The notes beneath the pieces were generated by a model that was not told the origin of the DNA, did not search any database, and saw only the letters and a program-made list of their open reading frames with translations. Positions 28,536-38,172 of a stretch of DNA of 64,000 bases are shown in pieces (positions within the stretch are counted from its first letter, which is position 1; every line of letters starts with the position of its first letter). This DNA comes from Nitrospira sp. (GTDB taxonomy: Bacteria > Nitrospirota > Nitrospiria > Nitrospirales > Nitrospiraceae): positions 2,688,001 through 2,752,000 of the forward strand of contig AP038806.1 in NCBI GenBank assembly GCA_047150005.1. Direction: 5' to 3'. A program made the translations under genes and the position numbers.

Positions 28536-29483
28536 GTGAGCGGCGCGCAACGTCCTATCGCCGTGTTGTTGATGGCGATGGGTGGACCCGACAAGCTGGA
28601 ACACGTAGAGCCGTTCTTGCTTGACGTGCGCGGAGGGCGTCCCACGCCGCCAGAATTGGTCGAAGAGATCCGCGAGCGCTATCGAGCCACCGGCGGCAAA
28701 TCTCCCGCGGTCGGCATCACGCAGGCAGTGGCGGCCAAGCTCGAACGGCGGTTGAACGAGTCGCGCGGTCCCTATCGTGTATACGTCGGGCTGCGCCACT
28801 GGCACCCCTTCATTCGAGAAACCTACGCGGAATTGCTGCGCGAGGAGCCGGAGCGCATCATCGGTCTCTGCATGGCGCCGCAGCAATCTTTGCTGAGCAC
28901 CGGAGCCTATCGCAAGAAGGTGGAGGAAGCCCGGGTTACTCTGGGAGGCAGCTGTCCCGTGAGCTATGTGGGCAGCTGGCATCGGCACCCCCGCCTCGTC
29001 AACGCCATCGCGGATCATATTCGGCAGGCTCTGCAGCTGTTTCCCCCTGAAGCGAGGTCCACGACTCCCGTGCTGTTCACGGCGCACAGTCTGCCAGAAC
29101 GGATCGTCGCGATGAACGATCCGTACCCGGAGGAAGTCCGGGGCACCATGGAGGCCGTAACCGCGCGGCTGGGTGGTCAGCCGACCTGCTTTGCCTATCA
29201 AAGCCAGGGCAGGTCTGGAGAAAAATGGTTGGGGCCGACGGTCGAATCCATGATCCATGACTTGAGCGGGGCCGGCCATCGGCAGGTGCTGGTCGCGCCG
29301 ATCGGTTTCCTGTGCGACCACGTCGAAACCCTGTACGACATCGACATCGAACTGAGACGGTTGGCCGCCGGTCTCGGCCTGCGTCTCGAGCGCATACCCA
29401 TGCTCAACGACTCGCCGGCACTGGTAGAGACGCTGATGGACGTGCTGGCGGCTCATGAATCTTCGCTGACGCTCACGTCGTGA
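28536..29483 (+). CDS. hemH: Ferrochelatase
   Basis: LLMAMGGP, GGKSP, LFTAHSLP, YQSQG, WLGP, GFLCDHVETLYDID. Confidence 0.92.
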   Translation: MSGAQRPIAVLLMAMGGPDKLEHVEPFLLDVRGGRPTPPELVEEIRERYRATGGKSPAVGITQAVAAKLERRLNESRGPYRVYVGLRHWHPFIRETYAELLREEPERIIGLCMAPQQSLLSTGAYRKKVEEARVTLGGSCPVSYVGSWHRHPRLVNAIADHIRQALQLFPPEARSTTPVLFTAHSLPERIVAMNDPYPEEVRGTMEAVTARLGGQPTCFAYQSQGRSGEKWLGPTVESMIHDLSGAGHRQVLVAPIGFLCDHVETLYDIDIELRRLAAGLGLRLERIPMLNDSPALVETLMDVLAAHESSLTLTS

Positions 29484-30943
29484 CCGCGCCCAAGACCGTC
29501 GCCATCGTCGGGGGAGGTATCGCGGGGCTGGCCGCCGCGTTTGCTCTCTTGGAGCGCTCGGCGCAGGGAAGCATGCCGATTGCCTGCACGGTCCTTGAGC
29601 GCAGCCCGTCTTGGGGCGGGAAGATCGTGACTCACCGGATCGGTGACTTGGTCACGGAAGCCGGCCCCGACTCGTTTCTGTCTCAAAAACCCGCCGGTCT
29701 GCAGCTCATCGACAAGCTCGGTCTCACCGATCAGTTGATCGACACCAATAAGACGGCGACGAAAGCCTGTGTGTATTCGCACGGCCGCCTTCGCGAACTG
29801 CCGGAGGGGCTGGTGGTCATCGCTCCCGGCCAAATCAGACCGTTTCTCCGAAGCGGTCTGCTGAGCCCCGCCGGACTGCTTCGCATGGGGACGGACATCA
29901 TTCTGCCGGCCAGACGTGTGCCGGAAGACGAATCCCTCGCCTCTTTCTTCCGTCGTCGATTCGGCCGTCAGGCGTTCGAACGGATGATGGAGCCGCTGAT
30001 GGCCGGCATCTATGCCGGAGACGCCGAACAGTTGAGCATCAAGGCCACGTTCCCGCGGTTTCCTGAACTCGAGCGGACACACGGCAGCGTCATCCGCGGC
30101 ATGCTCGCGACGAGGGCCGACGCGTCCGGCACGCAGGCGGCCGGACGGAAGCGGACGATGTTTGTGAGCCTCAAGAACGGATTGGAAGATCTCGTCACTG
30201 CGCTTCGCCGGTCGTTGACGGATCGGGGCGTGATATTGCGAAGCGGCACGTCCGTGGAATCGCTTCGAGTGCGATCCCATGAGCTGGGCCGGTGGACCTA
30301 CGATGTGATGTTGAGCGGAGGAGGGGCGCTGTCGGTCGACGGGCTGATCTTAGCGACTCCCGCGTTCATTTCAGCGGAGTTGCTCCGGCCGTTGACACCG
30401 ATCGCGGGTGGCCTGCTGGAAAGGATTCCCTACGCCTCGACGGCGACCGTCGCGATGGCGTATCCTGCGACCGCGGTGGGGCAGCACGTGCAGGGCTTCG
30501 GCTTCGTCGTGCCGCGCGTCGAGCAGCGTGATCTGATTGCGGCGACATGGACGTCGTTGAAATGGCCCCAGCGCGCCCCGGCCGACCAGGTGCTGGTCCG
30601 TTGTTATCTCGGAGGCGTGGGGCGGGAAGCGGTACTGGAGCTGGACGATCAATCGCTGATCGCTCGGGTTCGCGCCGAATTACAGCACATCTGCGGACTC
30701 GCCGCCGAGCCGACCTATGTCGAGGTCAATCGCTGGACCAAGGCGATGCCGCAATATGTGCTCGGACATCTGGAGCGCCTCGAGCAGATCGAGGCGGCGC
30801 TCAGCCGGTTCGGCGGGCTGGTGCTGACCGGCTCCGCGTACCGGGGGGTTGGTATTCCCGACTGCATCCGCGACGGGTCGATGGCGGCCGATCGCGTCGT
30901 CCGATATCTGTCAGGAGAGCGAGTAAGAGGTGGGGAGACGTGA
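29480..30943 (+). CDS. hemY: Protoporphyrinogen/coproporphyrinogen oxidase (HemY type)
   Basis: VGGGIAGL, EAGPDSF, GIYAGD, GFGFVVP, MPQY, GVGIPDCI. Confidence 0.92.
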   Translation: MTAPKTVAIVGGGIAGLAAAFALLERSAQGSMPIACTVLERSPSWGGKIVTHRIGDLVTEAGPDSFLSQKPAGLQLIDKLGLTDQLIDTNKTATKACVYSHGRLRELPEGLVVIAPGQIRPFLRSGLLSPAGLLRMGTDIILPARRVPEDESLASFFRRRFGRQAFERMMEPLMAGIYAGDAEQLSIKATFPRFPELERTHGSVIRGMLATRADASGTQAAGRKRTMFVSLKNGLEDLVTALRRSLTDRGVILRSGTSVESLRVRSHELGRWTYDVMLSGGGALSVDGLILATPAFISAELLRPLTPIAGGLLERIPYASTATVAMAYPATAVGQHVQGFGFVVPRVEQRDLIAATWTSLKWPQRAPADQVLVRCYLGGVGREAVLELDDQSLIARVRAELQHICGLAAEPTYVEVNRWTKAMPQYVLGHLERLEQIEAALSRFGGLVLTGSAYRGVGIPDCIRDGSMAADRVVRYLSGERVRGGET

Positions 30944-30948
30944 AAACC

Positions 30949-31362
30949 ATGGCGACGGATAACAAATTGACCGTACTCGAGGTCAACGGCCCGTTTCGTG
31001 AGCCGAGAGAGCCGGTGTTCTCGTATGACTATGCGGTCCAGCGGGCATCATGGAGCATGCCGCATGCGGTGCGTGTCAAGGTCGCCATCGCCGAAGAGTT
31101 GGACGTCATCAAGGGCCGATTGCTCGGCCAGGTCACCGGCACGCCCGGTCAGCAGCTTCTGATCACACGAGCGCTGTCGCGGCGGATCGCCGACGAAAAG
31201 CTCAAGATCGCGGAAGCCGAAGGCACCTTGTCGGATCGACGCGACGTCATCATCGAGCCGTTCACCGGGCCGCAGGCGCATCTTTTCGCCAAGCTGGATG
31301 ACTGGCTCGACCGTGAAGGCCAGGCCTTGTTGGCCGAAGTGAAGAAGCGTGCCAACGTCTGA
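30949..31362 (+). CDS. Hypothetical protein
   Basis: MATDNKLTVLEVNGPFREP...; follows hemY directly. Confidence 0.72.
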   Translation: MATDNKLTVLEVNGPFREPREPVFSYDYAVQRASWSMPHAVRVKVAIAEELDVIKGRLLGQVTGTPGQQLLITRALSRRIADEKLKIAEAEGTLSDRRDVIIEPFTGPQAHLFAKLDDWLDREGQALLAEVKKRANV

Positions 31363-31364
31363 GA

Positions 31365-31982
31365 TCAGAAGATTTTTCGATAGTGCTTAGAATGGACGCC
31401 CGATTCGTCGGAGAAGCCGACGGAGCCGCTGTCGGGGGCGCCCGTATTGTGGAGATCGATGCGGTAGTGACCCCTGATCTCCTCCATGGCCACCTCGAAC
31501 GGGACCGCATCCGGATAGAGTCCCCCCGGGGCATGCGCGCCGCGCGTGAGTGTTTTGATGACGTCCGCTTTGGCGTACTTGGCGTCGGAGGTCACGTAAA
31601 TGTCGGCCACGGCATGGTCGCCCAGCTTGTGGCCCGGCGTCGTGGCCGGGATCAGATCCGACAATGAGCCCGCGAGACGTTCCTTTCTGAGTCGCTTCAA
31701 CAAGCCCACGACCTGACTTTCGGTGGCCTGTGCAGGGACGACCAGGCTGACGGCGTTCATGTCGGGCACCGTAGCCTCGACCTTGAAGATGACCGCCGCG
31801 GCTTCCGGATCCTCGATCATCGGCATGGCCGGTCCTTCGGTGCCGGCTGCCTGCTTGTTCTTGGAACTCGGCACAATCAGCGCCACGAACAGCCACAAGC
31901 CGAGCAGGACGCTGAACACCACGACGAGCGGATGGACGCCCGCCCGCTTGCCTTCTTCGTATGGTTCCGGCTGATCGCTCAT
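31365..31982 (-). CDS. Hypothetical membrane-anchored protein
   Basis: Single N-terminal TM helix; start overlaps the mazG stop. Confidence 0.72.
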   Translation of the reverse strand: MSDQPEPYEEGKRAGVHPLVVVFSVLLGLWLFVALIVPSSKNKQAAGTEGPAMPMIEDPEAAAVIFKVEATVPDMNAVSLVVPAQATESQVVGLLKRLRKERLAGSLSDLIPATTPGHKLGDHAVADIYVTSDAKYAKADVIKTLTRGAHAPGGLYPDAVPFEVAMEEIRGHYRIDLHNTGAPDSGSVGFSDESGVHSKHYRKIF

Positions 31983-32833
31983 GCAGGACCGTCCTGGGCG
32001 TGAGTCGAGCCGTTTCGTTTGGCGGCCTCCCACAAGCGGTTCATTTCGTCGAACGACAACTCTCCCACGCTTCGTCCGGAGCGGGACGCCTCGCGCTCGA
32101 TGAACCGGAAGCGCTCGACGAAGCGGTTGACGGAGAGGCGAAGCGCGTCTTCAGGGTTGACCCTCACGAATCGGGCAAGGTTCACCAGTGAGAACAGGAT
32201 GTCGCCGAATTCCGCGACGATCTCCCGCTGTCGGGAAGAGGCCGCTCCGTCCGTAGGCGGCAGGCGCAGGGCCTCGCGCAGCTCCCGGATTTCTTCCTCG
32301 ACTTTAGCGAGGACCTGATCGAATCCACTCTGGTCATGGCTCCAGTCGAATCCCACCCTGGAGGCTCGGGCTTGGATCTGATAGGCCCGCAGCAGCGCCG
32401 GCAGGGCGACGGGCACGCCGTCCAGCACAGAGTCGGGACGTCCCGCCGCCTGCCGTTCCGCCTTCTTGATGTCCTCCCAGCGGGTCACGACCTGGTCGGC
32501 ATTGAGGGGCGTCGTATCGTTCGTTCCTGCGGCGAACACGTGCGGATGCCGTCGAATCAACTTGTCCGCCAGCCGGTCCATGACGTCGTCCAGTGTGAAG
32601 GTGCCGTTCTCCGACGCGATCTGGCCATGAAAGAGGATCTGGAGCAGCACGTCGCCCAATTCCTCGGGCAGCTTCGCGCGATCGTGATGATCGATCGCGT
32701 CCAGCACTTCGTAGGCTTCTTCGAGCAAGTAGGGCTTGAGGGATTCGTGGGTCTGCTTGCGATCCCACGGACATCCCTCCGGCGCCCGCAGCGCCGCCAT
32801 CAGCTCTGCCAATTTGTCGAACCGTTCGGACAT
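31979..32833 (-). CDS. mazG: Nucleoside triphosphate pyrophosphohydrolase
   Basis: GCPWDRKQTHESL, EELGDVLLQ, RRHPHVF, EFGDILF. Confidence 0.93.
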   Translation of the reverse strand: MSERFDKLAELMAALRAPEGCPWDRKQTHESLKPYLLEEAYEVLDAIDHHDRAKLPEELGDVLLQILFHGQIASENGTFTLDDVMDRLADKLIRRHPHVFAAGTNDTTPLNADQVVTRWEDIKKAERQAAGRPDSVLDGVPVALPALLRAYQIQARASRVGFDWSHDQSGFDQVLAKVEEEIRELREALRLPPTDGAASSRQREIVAEFGDILFSLVNLARFVRVNPEDALRLSVNRFVERFRFIEREASRSGRSVGELSFDEMNRLWEAAKRNGSTHAQDGPA

Positions 32834-32980
32834 ACTCGGTTTCGCGGTGAGGATAATGCGAGCGACATTATACCCGGTTCCACGGGTGCTTCAATGAGGC
32901 GGCGTGCCTTGCGCGCCTTCAGAACCCTATGATAGGGTAACTTCCCGCGCGCGAGCGCGTGAAGCGTGCGAGACTTGCCT

Positions 32981-33367
32981 ATGGCCACCGAGAAGGAAGA
33001 GGGATTCGTCGTTCGGGATCGCCGGGGGAGCGGATCGACAGAGAAGGCTCCCGCCACGCCGTCTCCCCAGACGGCATCGCCCGGCGAGGTTTTACCGGAT
33101 CCGGAGCAATCGCCCAACATCCCGGTGACGTTCGCATCCTTCGTCATTTCTCTCGGGAGCTCTTCGTTGATGCTCATGGGGGAGAAGTTCGATCCCCAAC
33201 AGCCGGCCATGCCCGTCAACCTGCCTCAGGCCAAGGAAATCATCGATCTCCTGTCGATTCTGGAAGAAAAGACCGCCGGGAACCTCACGACCGAAGAGCA
33301 AGCGGTCTTGCGCGACATGCTCTACGCCCTACGTATGAAGTACGTCAGTCTAAGTGCCGGGAAATAA
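32981..33367 (+). CDS. DUF1844-family protein
   Basis: GFVVRDRR, IIDLLSILEEKTAGNL, LYALRMKYV. Confidence 0.82.
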   Translation: MATEKEEGFVVRDRRGSGSTEKAPATPSPQTASPGEVLPDPEQSPNIPVTFASFVISLGSSSLMLMGEKFDPQQPAMPVNLPQAKEIIDLLSILEEKTAGNLTTEEQAVLRDMLYALRMKYVSLSAGK

Positions 33368-33483
33368 TCTTCGTCCAGCATCCTATTTCCGTACCCGCGA
33401 CGTTTTGAGACCAGCGAATAAATCCGCTATAGTAAGCAGTCTTGGCTCTTCGTCCCAGGGACCGCTCTCCTGGGAGGTCGGCG

Positions 33484-35829
33484 ATGAATGACTTTCAAAA
33501 GCAAACCGGATCTCCGATGTGGCCTGTTCCCGAGCGCCCTGAGGCGGCGGAGCTAAGGGTCCGGGAGGATGTTCCCCTTCGGCCGATGGGGGTGACGCAC
33601 GCGGTGCTGGAGCCGGAACGCCGCAAGCGCAGTTTTTTTCGGCCGGTCCGCGTCGTCTTCCTGCTCTTACTGTGCTGCCTCGCGCTGACCTTCTACTACA
33701 CCCAAGTCGTCGTTCCGGGAGGAGAGGACAGTGATTCGTTCATTCCGACGACCAGTTACGCACTGGTTCTGCTCCTGATCAATCTCGATCTGATCGGGGT
33801 GGTCGTTCTCCTCCTGCTCCTGTCCCGCAACCTGATCAAGGCCTACTTCGAGCGGCGGCATCGGCTCATCGGCTCCGGGTTTCGGACCAAGCTCGTGGCG
33901 GCCTTCATCGGCTTCTCGTTGATTCCCACGGTGCTGCTCGCCCTCGTCGCGAGCGGGTTGGTCAATAAGGCGGTGGACGTGTGGTTCAGCGACCAGATCG
34001 ACCGGGTCATGCGCGACTCGTATGAAGTGGCCCGCATGCAGCACGCCGGTCATATTACGCTGGCGGTCAACAGCGCAAGGGCGATCAGTCATGAAATCTT
34101 CCGCGAAGACCTCCTGTTGCCGACGCAGCGGGACATTCTGATCTCGGCCATGGCGCGCAAGCGGGTGGAATTCGGCGTGGCGGGCATCGAAGTCTATTCG
34201 GCCAAGATGGAGACCCTCACAAAGTCGCTGGATCCGGAGGTGCCGGCCGGGGTCCTGGACCTTCCGGTGGGCCAGTTGGTGCTCCAGGCGATCAACGGCA
34301 AGCAGGAGACCAATACGGTTCAGGAAGCGCAAACGGGACGGCTGGTCCGGGCCGCGGCTCCCATCGCCGCCAGCGGCCGCGGCGGCGAGGTCGGCGGCGT
34401 CGTGCTCGTCGATGCCTACGTTCCCGAATCGCTGCTGGCGAAAATGGACGGGATCGGGCGGCAGTACGAGGAATACAAGCAGATCAAGGCGATGAAGAAT
34501 CCGATCAAAGCCGGCGCCTATTTGTTCGTGGCGGTGATCACGGTCCTGATTCTCTTCGGCGCGACCTGGTTCGGCTTTTACGTGGCGCGGAGCATCACCG
34601 TGCCGATCCAGCGGTTAGCCGAGGCCACGGAAGCCATCGCTCAAGGGGATCTGTCGGTGCGGATCGACGCCAAGGCCACGGATGAAATCGGCACGCTCAT
34701 CGAGTCATTCAACCGTATGACCACGGACCTCCAGAGCGGCAAATCCGCGATCGAAGCCGCCAACGTCTCGCTGCTACAGAACAACCTCGAGCTGGACCGG
34801 CGTCGCGCCTACATCGAAACGATCGTTGCGACCATCGCGGCGGGACTTCTGTCGATCGGGAGGAACGGGATCATCATGAATTTCAACCCGTCGGGCGAGA
34901 GGATCCTGGGGATCTCGGCCGACCGGTTCCACGGCCGGTCCGCGAACGACGTGTTCAAGGAGTTCGGACTCACCCTGTTTCAGACCCTCTATGACCGCAT
35001 GCTGGTGGATCAACGGGACGACCTGACGATGGACGGGACGGTGGAGGTCGAGGGCAAGTTCCTGACGATCGCGCTGCACGGCTCCAGGATGAAGGACGAA
35101 ATGAATCAGGACTTGGGCATCGTCTTGGTGTTCGAGGATCTGACGGAGTTGCTGAAGGCGCAAAAGGTGGCGGCGTGGCAGGAGGTCGCGCGACGAGTGG
35201 CCCATGAAATCAAGAATCCGCTGACCCCGATCCAGCTGTCGGCCCAACGCATGCGGAAGAAGTTTTTCGAGAAGGCCTCGGATTTCGAACGCGTGTTCGA
35301 TGAATCGACGAACGTCATCGTCAATGAGGTCACCAGCCTGAAGCACATGGTCGATGAGTTTTCCAAGTTCGCCAGACTTCCCGCACCGCAGCTGGTGCAG
35401 CAGTCGCTGCACGACGTGATCAACGAAGTGGTCGCCCTGTACCGAGGCGCCCACAGGGACGTTGACGTGATCGTCTCACTGGACGAGGATCTGCCTCCGT
35501 TGAAGTTCGATTGGGAACAGATCAAACGGGTGCTGGTGAATCTGCTCGACAATTCCATCCAGGCGATGAGTCAGAAAGGTCGGGTGTGGCTCACCACCCA
35601 GTACGATACGAAACGGCGTCGCGCCGTGGTCAGCATCGCCGACGAGGGGACCGGCATCGCCTTGGAAGACCAGGAAAAGCTGTTCGTGCCCTATTTCACG
35701 AGAAAGAAAACCGGAACCGGGCTGGGATTGGCCATCGTCCGCCGCATCATCACGGACCACGAAGGACATATCCAGGCCGGCAACAATCATCCCAAAGGCG
35801 CGATCTTTACGTTTGAATTGCCGGTATGA
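33484..35829 (+). CDS. ntrY: NtrY-like sensor histidine kinase (HAMP, PAS, HisKA, HATPase)
   Basis: AWQEVARRVAHEIKNPLTPIQLSA, NLLDNS, PYFTRKKTGTGLGL; followed by an NtrX-like regulator. Confidence 0.85.
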   Translation: MNDFQKQTGSPMWPVPERPEAAELRVREDVPLRPMGVTHAVLEPERRKRSFFRPVRVVFLLLLCCLALTFYYTQVVVPGGEDSDSFIPTTSYALVLLLINLDLIGVVVLLLLLSRNLIKAYFERRHRLIGSGFRTKLVAAFIGFSLIPTVLLALVASGLVNKAVDVWFSDQIDRVMRDSYEVARMQHAGHITLAVNSARAISHEIFREDLLLPTQRDILISAMARKRVEFGVAGIEVYSAKMETLTKSLDPEVPAGVLDLPVGQLVLQAINGKQETNTVQEAQTGRLVRAAAPIAASGRGGEVGGVVLVDAYVPESLLAKMDGIGRQYEEYKQIKAMKNPIKAGAYLFVAVITVLILFGATWFGFYVARSITVPIQRLAEATEAIAQGDLSVRIDAKATDEIGTLIESFNRMTTDLQSGKSAIEAANVSLLQNNLELDRRRAYIETIVATIAAGLLSIGRNGIIMNFNPSGERILGISADRFHGRSANDVFKEFGLTLFQTLYDRMLVDQRDDLTMDGTVEVEGKFLTIALHGSRMKDEMNQDLGIVLVFEDLTELLKAQKVAAWQEVARRVAHEIKNPLTPIQLSAQRMRKKFFEKASDFERVFDESTNVIVNEVTSLKHMVDEFSKFARLPAPQLVQQSLHDVINEVVALYRGAHRDVDVIVSLDEDLPPLKFDWEQIKRVLVNLLDNSIQAMSQKGRVWLTTQYDTKRRRAVVSIADEGTGIALEDQEKLFVPYFTRKKTGTGLGLAIVRRIITDHEGHIQAGNNHPKGAIFTFELPV

Positions 35830-35870
35830 TCGGTGAGGGGTAAGGGGTAGAAGTGAGGGGGTAGGAGGTT

Positions 35871-37280
35871 ATGTCAGCTTCGATTTTAGTGGTGGACGAC
35901 GAGGAAGCGATTCTGTCATCCCTCAGCAGCATCCTGCTGGATGAAGGCTACGAGGTGGCGGCGGTGAAAAGCGGCGGAGAGGCGTTGAGGATCTTCACGA
36001 CGGATCCGCCCGACCTCATGCTGCTCGATATCTGGATGCCCGAAATGGACGGGCTGGAAACCTTGAAGCGCGTGCGTGAGTTGGTGCCCACGGCCCAGGT
36101 GATGATGATGTCGGGCCACGGGTCGATCGAGACGGCCGTCAAAGCCATCAAGCTCGGAGCGTACGACTACATCGAGAAGCCGCTGTCGCTCGAGAACGTC
36201 ACGCTTCGCGTCAAACACGCGCTCGATCAGCACCGGCTGGAGCAGGAGAACCGATCCCTGCGCACGAAAGTGCAGCGGCGGTTCGAGCTCGTGGGACAGT
36301 CGCCGGCTATGAAACAACTTCATCAATTGATCGAGACCGCCGGGCCGACCAATAGCCGGGTCTTGATCGGCGGGGAGAATGGAACGGGCAAGGAACTGGT
36401 GGCGCGGGGAATCCACCAACACAGCGCGCGCGCCGATCGACCCTTCGTCGCCGTCAATTGCGCCGCCATTCCTGAAACGCTGATCGAGAGCGAGCTGTTC
36501 GGCCACGAAAAAGGCTCCTTCAGCGGCGCGACCTCGATGAAACGGGGGCAGTTCGAGCAGGCGGACGGCGGAACGCTGTTCTTGGACGAGATCGGCGACA
36601 TGAGTCTGAGCACGCAGGCCAAGGTGTTGCGTGCCTTGCAGGAACAGCAGTTCAACCGGGTGGGCGGCACGAAGTTGATGAAGGTCGACGTCCGCGTCCT
36701 CGCCGCGTCGAACAAAGATCTCCTAAAAGAGATCGAGAAGGGGGCCTTTCGGGAAGACCTCTTTTATCGGCTGAACGTGGTGCCGATCGTGGTGCCGCCC
36801 CTGCGCGAGCGCCGAGAAGATATTCCGTTGCTGATCCGGCATTTTCTCAAGTTGCACGGGGAGGAGCAGGGCCTGCGGATGAAAGAGATCACCCCGGACG
36901 CGATGGCGGTGTTTGAGCAGTACGAATGGCCGGGAAACATTCGGGAGCTGGGCAACCTGGTCGAGCGGTTGATGATCATCGTGCCGGGAGCGACGATCGA
37001 TGCGGCGCAGGCCACGATGGCCCTGCAGGTGCGTCCCTCAGGCCTCGCCGTTCCGGCCGCTCCGGTCGCTGCGGGCTCGTCGGCCGTGAGCGTGTTGTTT
37101 GGGCAGCCGTTCGATTCGCTCCGCGACGCCCGCAACGCGTTTGAAAAGGAGTACATCGGGCGTAAGCTGCGGGAGCATCACTGGAACATCTCGCGCACGG
37201 CCGAAGACCTGAAGATCGAACGGAGTCATCTGCATCGCAAGATCAAGCTGCTGGACGTGGAAATGCGACCAGAAAGCTGA
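35871..37280 (+). CDS. ntrX: NtrX-like sigma-54-type response regulator
   Basis: REC (LLDIWMP), GENGTGKEL, FGHEKGSFSGA, LFLDEIGD, Fis-type HTH (IERSHLHRK). Confidence 0.87.
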   Translation: MSASILVVDDEEAILSSLSSILLDEGYEVAAVKSGGEALRIFTTDPPDLMLLDIWMPEMDGLETLKRVRELVPTAQVMMMSGHGSIETAVKAIKLGAYDYIEKPLSLENVTLRVKHALDQHRLEQENRSLRTKVQRRFELVGQSPAMKQLHQLIETAGPTNSRVLIGGENGTGKELVARGIHQHSARADRPFVAVNCAAIPETLIESELFGHEKGSFSGATSMKRGQFEQADGGTLFLDEIGDMSLSTQAKVLRALQEQQFNRVGGTKLMKVDVRVLAASNKDLLKEIEKGAFREDLFYRLNVVPIVVPPLRERREDIPLLIRHFLKLHGEEQGLRMKEITPDAMAVFEQYEWPGNIRELGNLVERLMIIVPGATIDAAQATMALQVRPSGLAVPAAPVAAGSSAVSVLFGQPFDSLRDARNAFEKEYIGRKLREHHWNISRTAEDLKIERSHLHRKIKLLDVEMRPES

Positions 37281-37296
37281 GCGGCCTCGCTTAAGC

Positions 37297-37449
37297 CAGA
37301 GCCTAGTTGGTCCGCTGTAAGCCTCGCCTCCGATTCGCTGTGGAACTCGCTGTGTTGGTCGCGGCACGCGAACACAGCTTCGAACAGTCCTCGCGCCGGC
37401 CTTCGGCCGCCGCTCCGGCTCGGCAACATCGGAGCACAACTAGGCTCTG
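37297..37449. mobile_element. 153-bp MITE-like element with 13-bp terminal inverted repeats
   Basis: CAGAGCCTAGTTG (37297-37309) / CAACTAGGCTCTG (37437-37449); internal stems CTCCGAT/ATCGGAG and GCTGTGTT/AACACAGC. Confidence 0.55.
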
Positions 37450-37636
37450 ATGCTCGCTCCGGCGCTCAGTCTTCCATCGGTGGTTGGGGGACTGGTTGAC
37501 CACGCTCGGTCTTTCGCGACGCACATCAGTCTGGATCACCGACAAAGTCATTCCTACACCGCCCTGACGGATTAAGGCGGACAAGAAAATACGTGCATTT
37601 TCATGGACCTCCTTCACCGGACAGAGGAAGTGAAAT

Positions 37637-37664
37637 TTGACGAAACTTGCAAACTGAGTAGAAT
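37637..37664 (+). promoter_or_regulatory. Sigma-70-type promoter of the membrane protein/caspase-FGE cassette
   Basis: TTGACG-N16-TAGAAT, 40 nt upstream of ATG 37705. Confidence 0.5.
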
Positions 37665-37704
37665 AGCGCCGGCCGTACCCTCATACCGCAAGGTGCCGCC
37701 GACC

Positions 37705-38172
37705 ATGTCGCCGATCTTCACCTACATCATTCTGGCAAGCATGGGAGGAGCGCTCTTGGCTTTCCTCATGGAATTCGCCCAGTCCAGGCAACTGAAACCC
37801 TTGCTGGCTCAGTGTGGAGTGTTGCTGGCCGCGTTCTTGGTGCTCAACGCCACGACGGGGTTTCCTCACCCATTGGGACGCCAGTCCTTCGGCGGTACCT
37901 CGCCGCTGGGGGCCATCGGTATCATGTTCGTCTGCGTGATGTTTGGAATGATGGCCAGGTATGTCTTCTACCTCAAGAAAGGCTTCTCGTGGCTGTCGTT
38001 GCTCAAACCGCTTTGCATCTCGCCGATTGTGTTGCTTCCACTGATCGGTTCAATCGAATCCAATCAGGAACTTCAGTCGATCCAGCTTATTTCATTCGCG
38101 TTCTTGGCCTTCCAGAACGGCTTCTTCTGGCCCATGGTGCTCGAACATGAAAAAGCGAAGAGCCAAACTTGA
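37705..38172 (+). CDS. Hypothetical membrane protein (4-5 TM)
   Basis: MSPIFTYIILASMGG...; strongly hydrophobic; 3' end overlaps the next gene by 26 nt. Confidence 0.72.
   Translation: MSPIFTYIILASMGGALLAFLMEFAQSRQLKPLLAQCGVLLAAFLVLNATTGFPHPLGRQSFGGTSPLGAIGIMFVCVMFGMMARYVFYLKKGFSWLSLLKPLCISPIVLLPLIGSIESNQELQSIQLISFAFLAFQNGFFWPMVLEHEKAKSQT

Noticed and set aside
35833..35868. G-rich heptamer-like run between ntrY and ntrX (possible G-quadruplex)
   Set aside because: Only three long G tracts and it merges with the RBS; too weak to call.
37450..37600. Possible DGR template repeat or small ORF upstream of the caspase cassette
   Set aside because: No AAC-rich copy of the variable region on either strand; the overlapping ORFs lack coding features.
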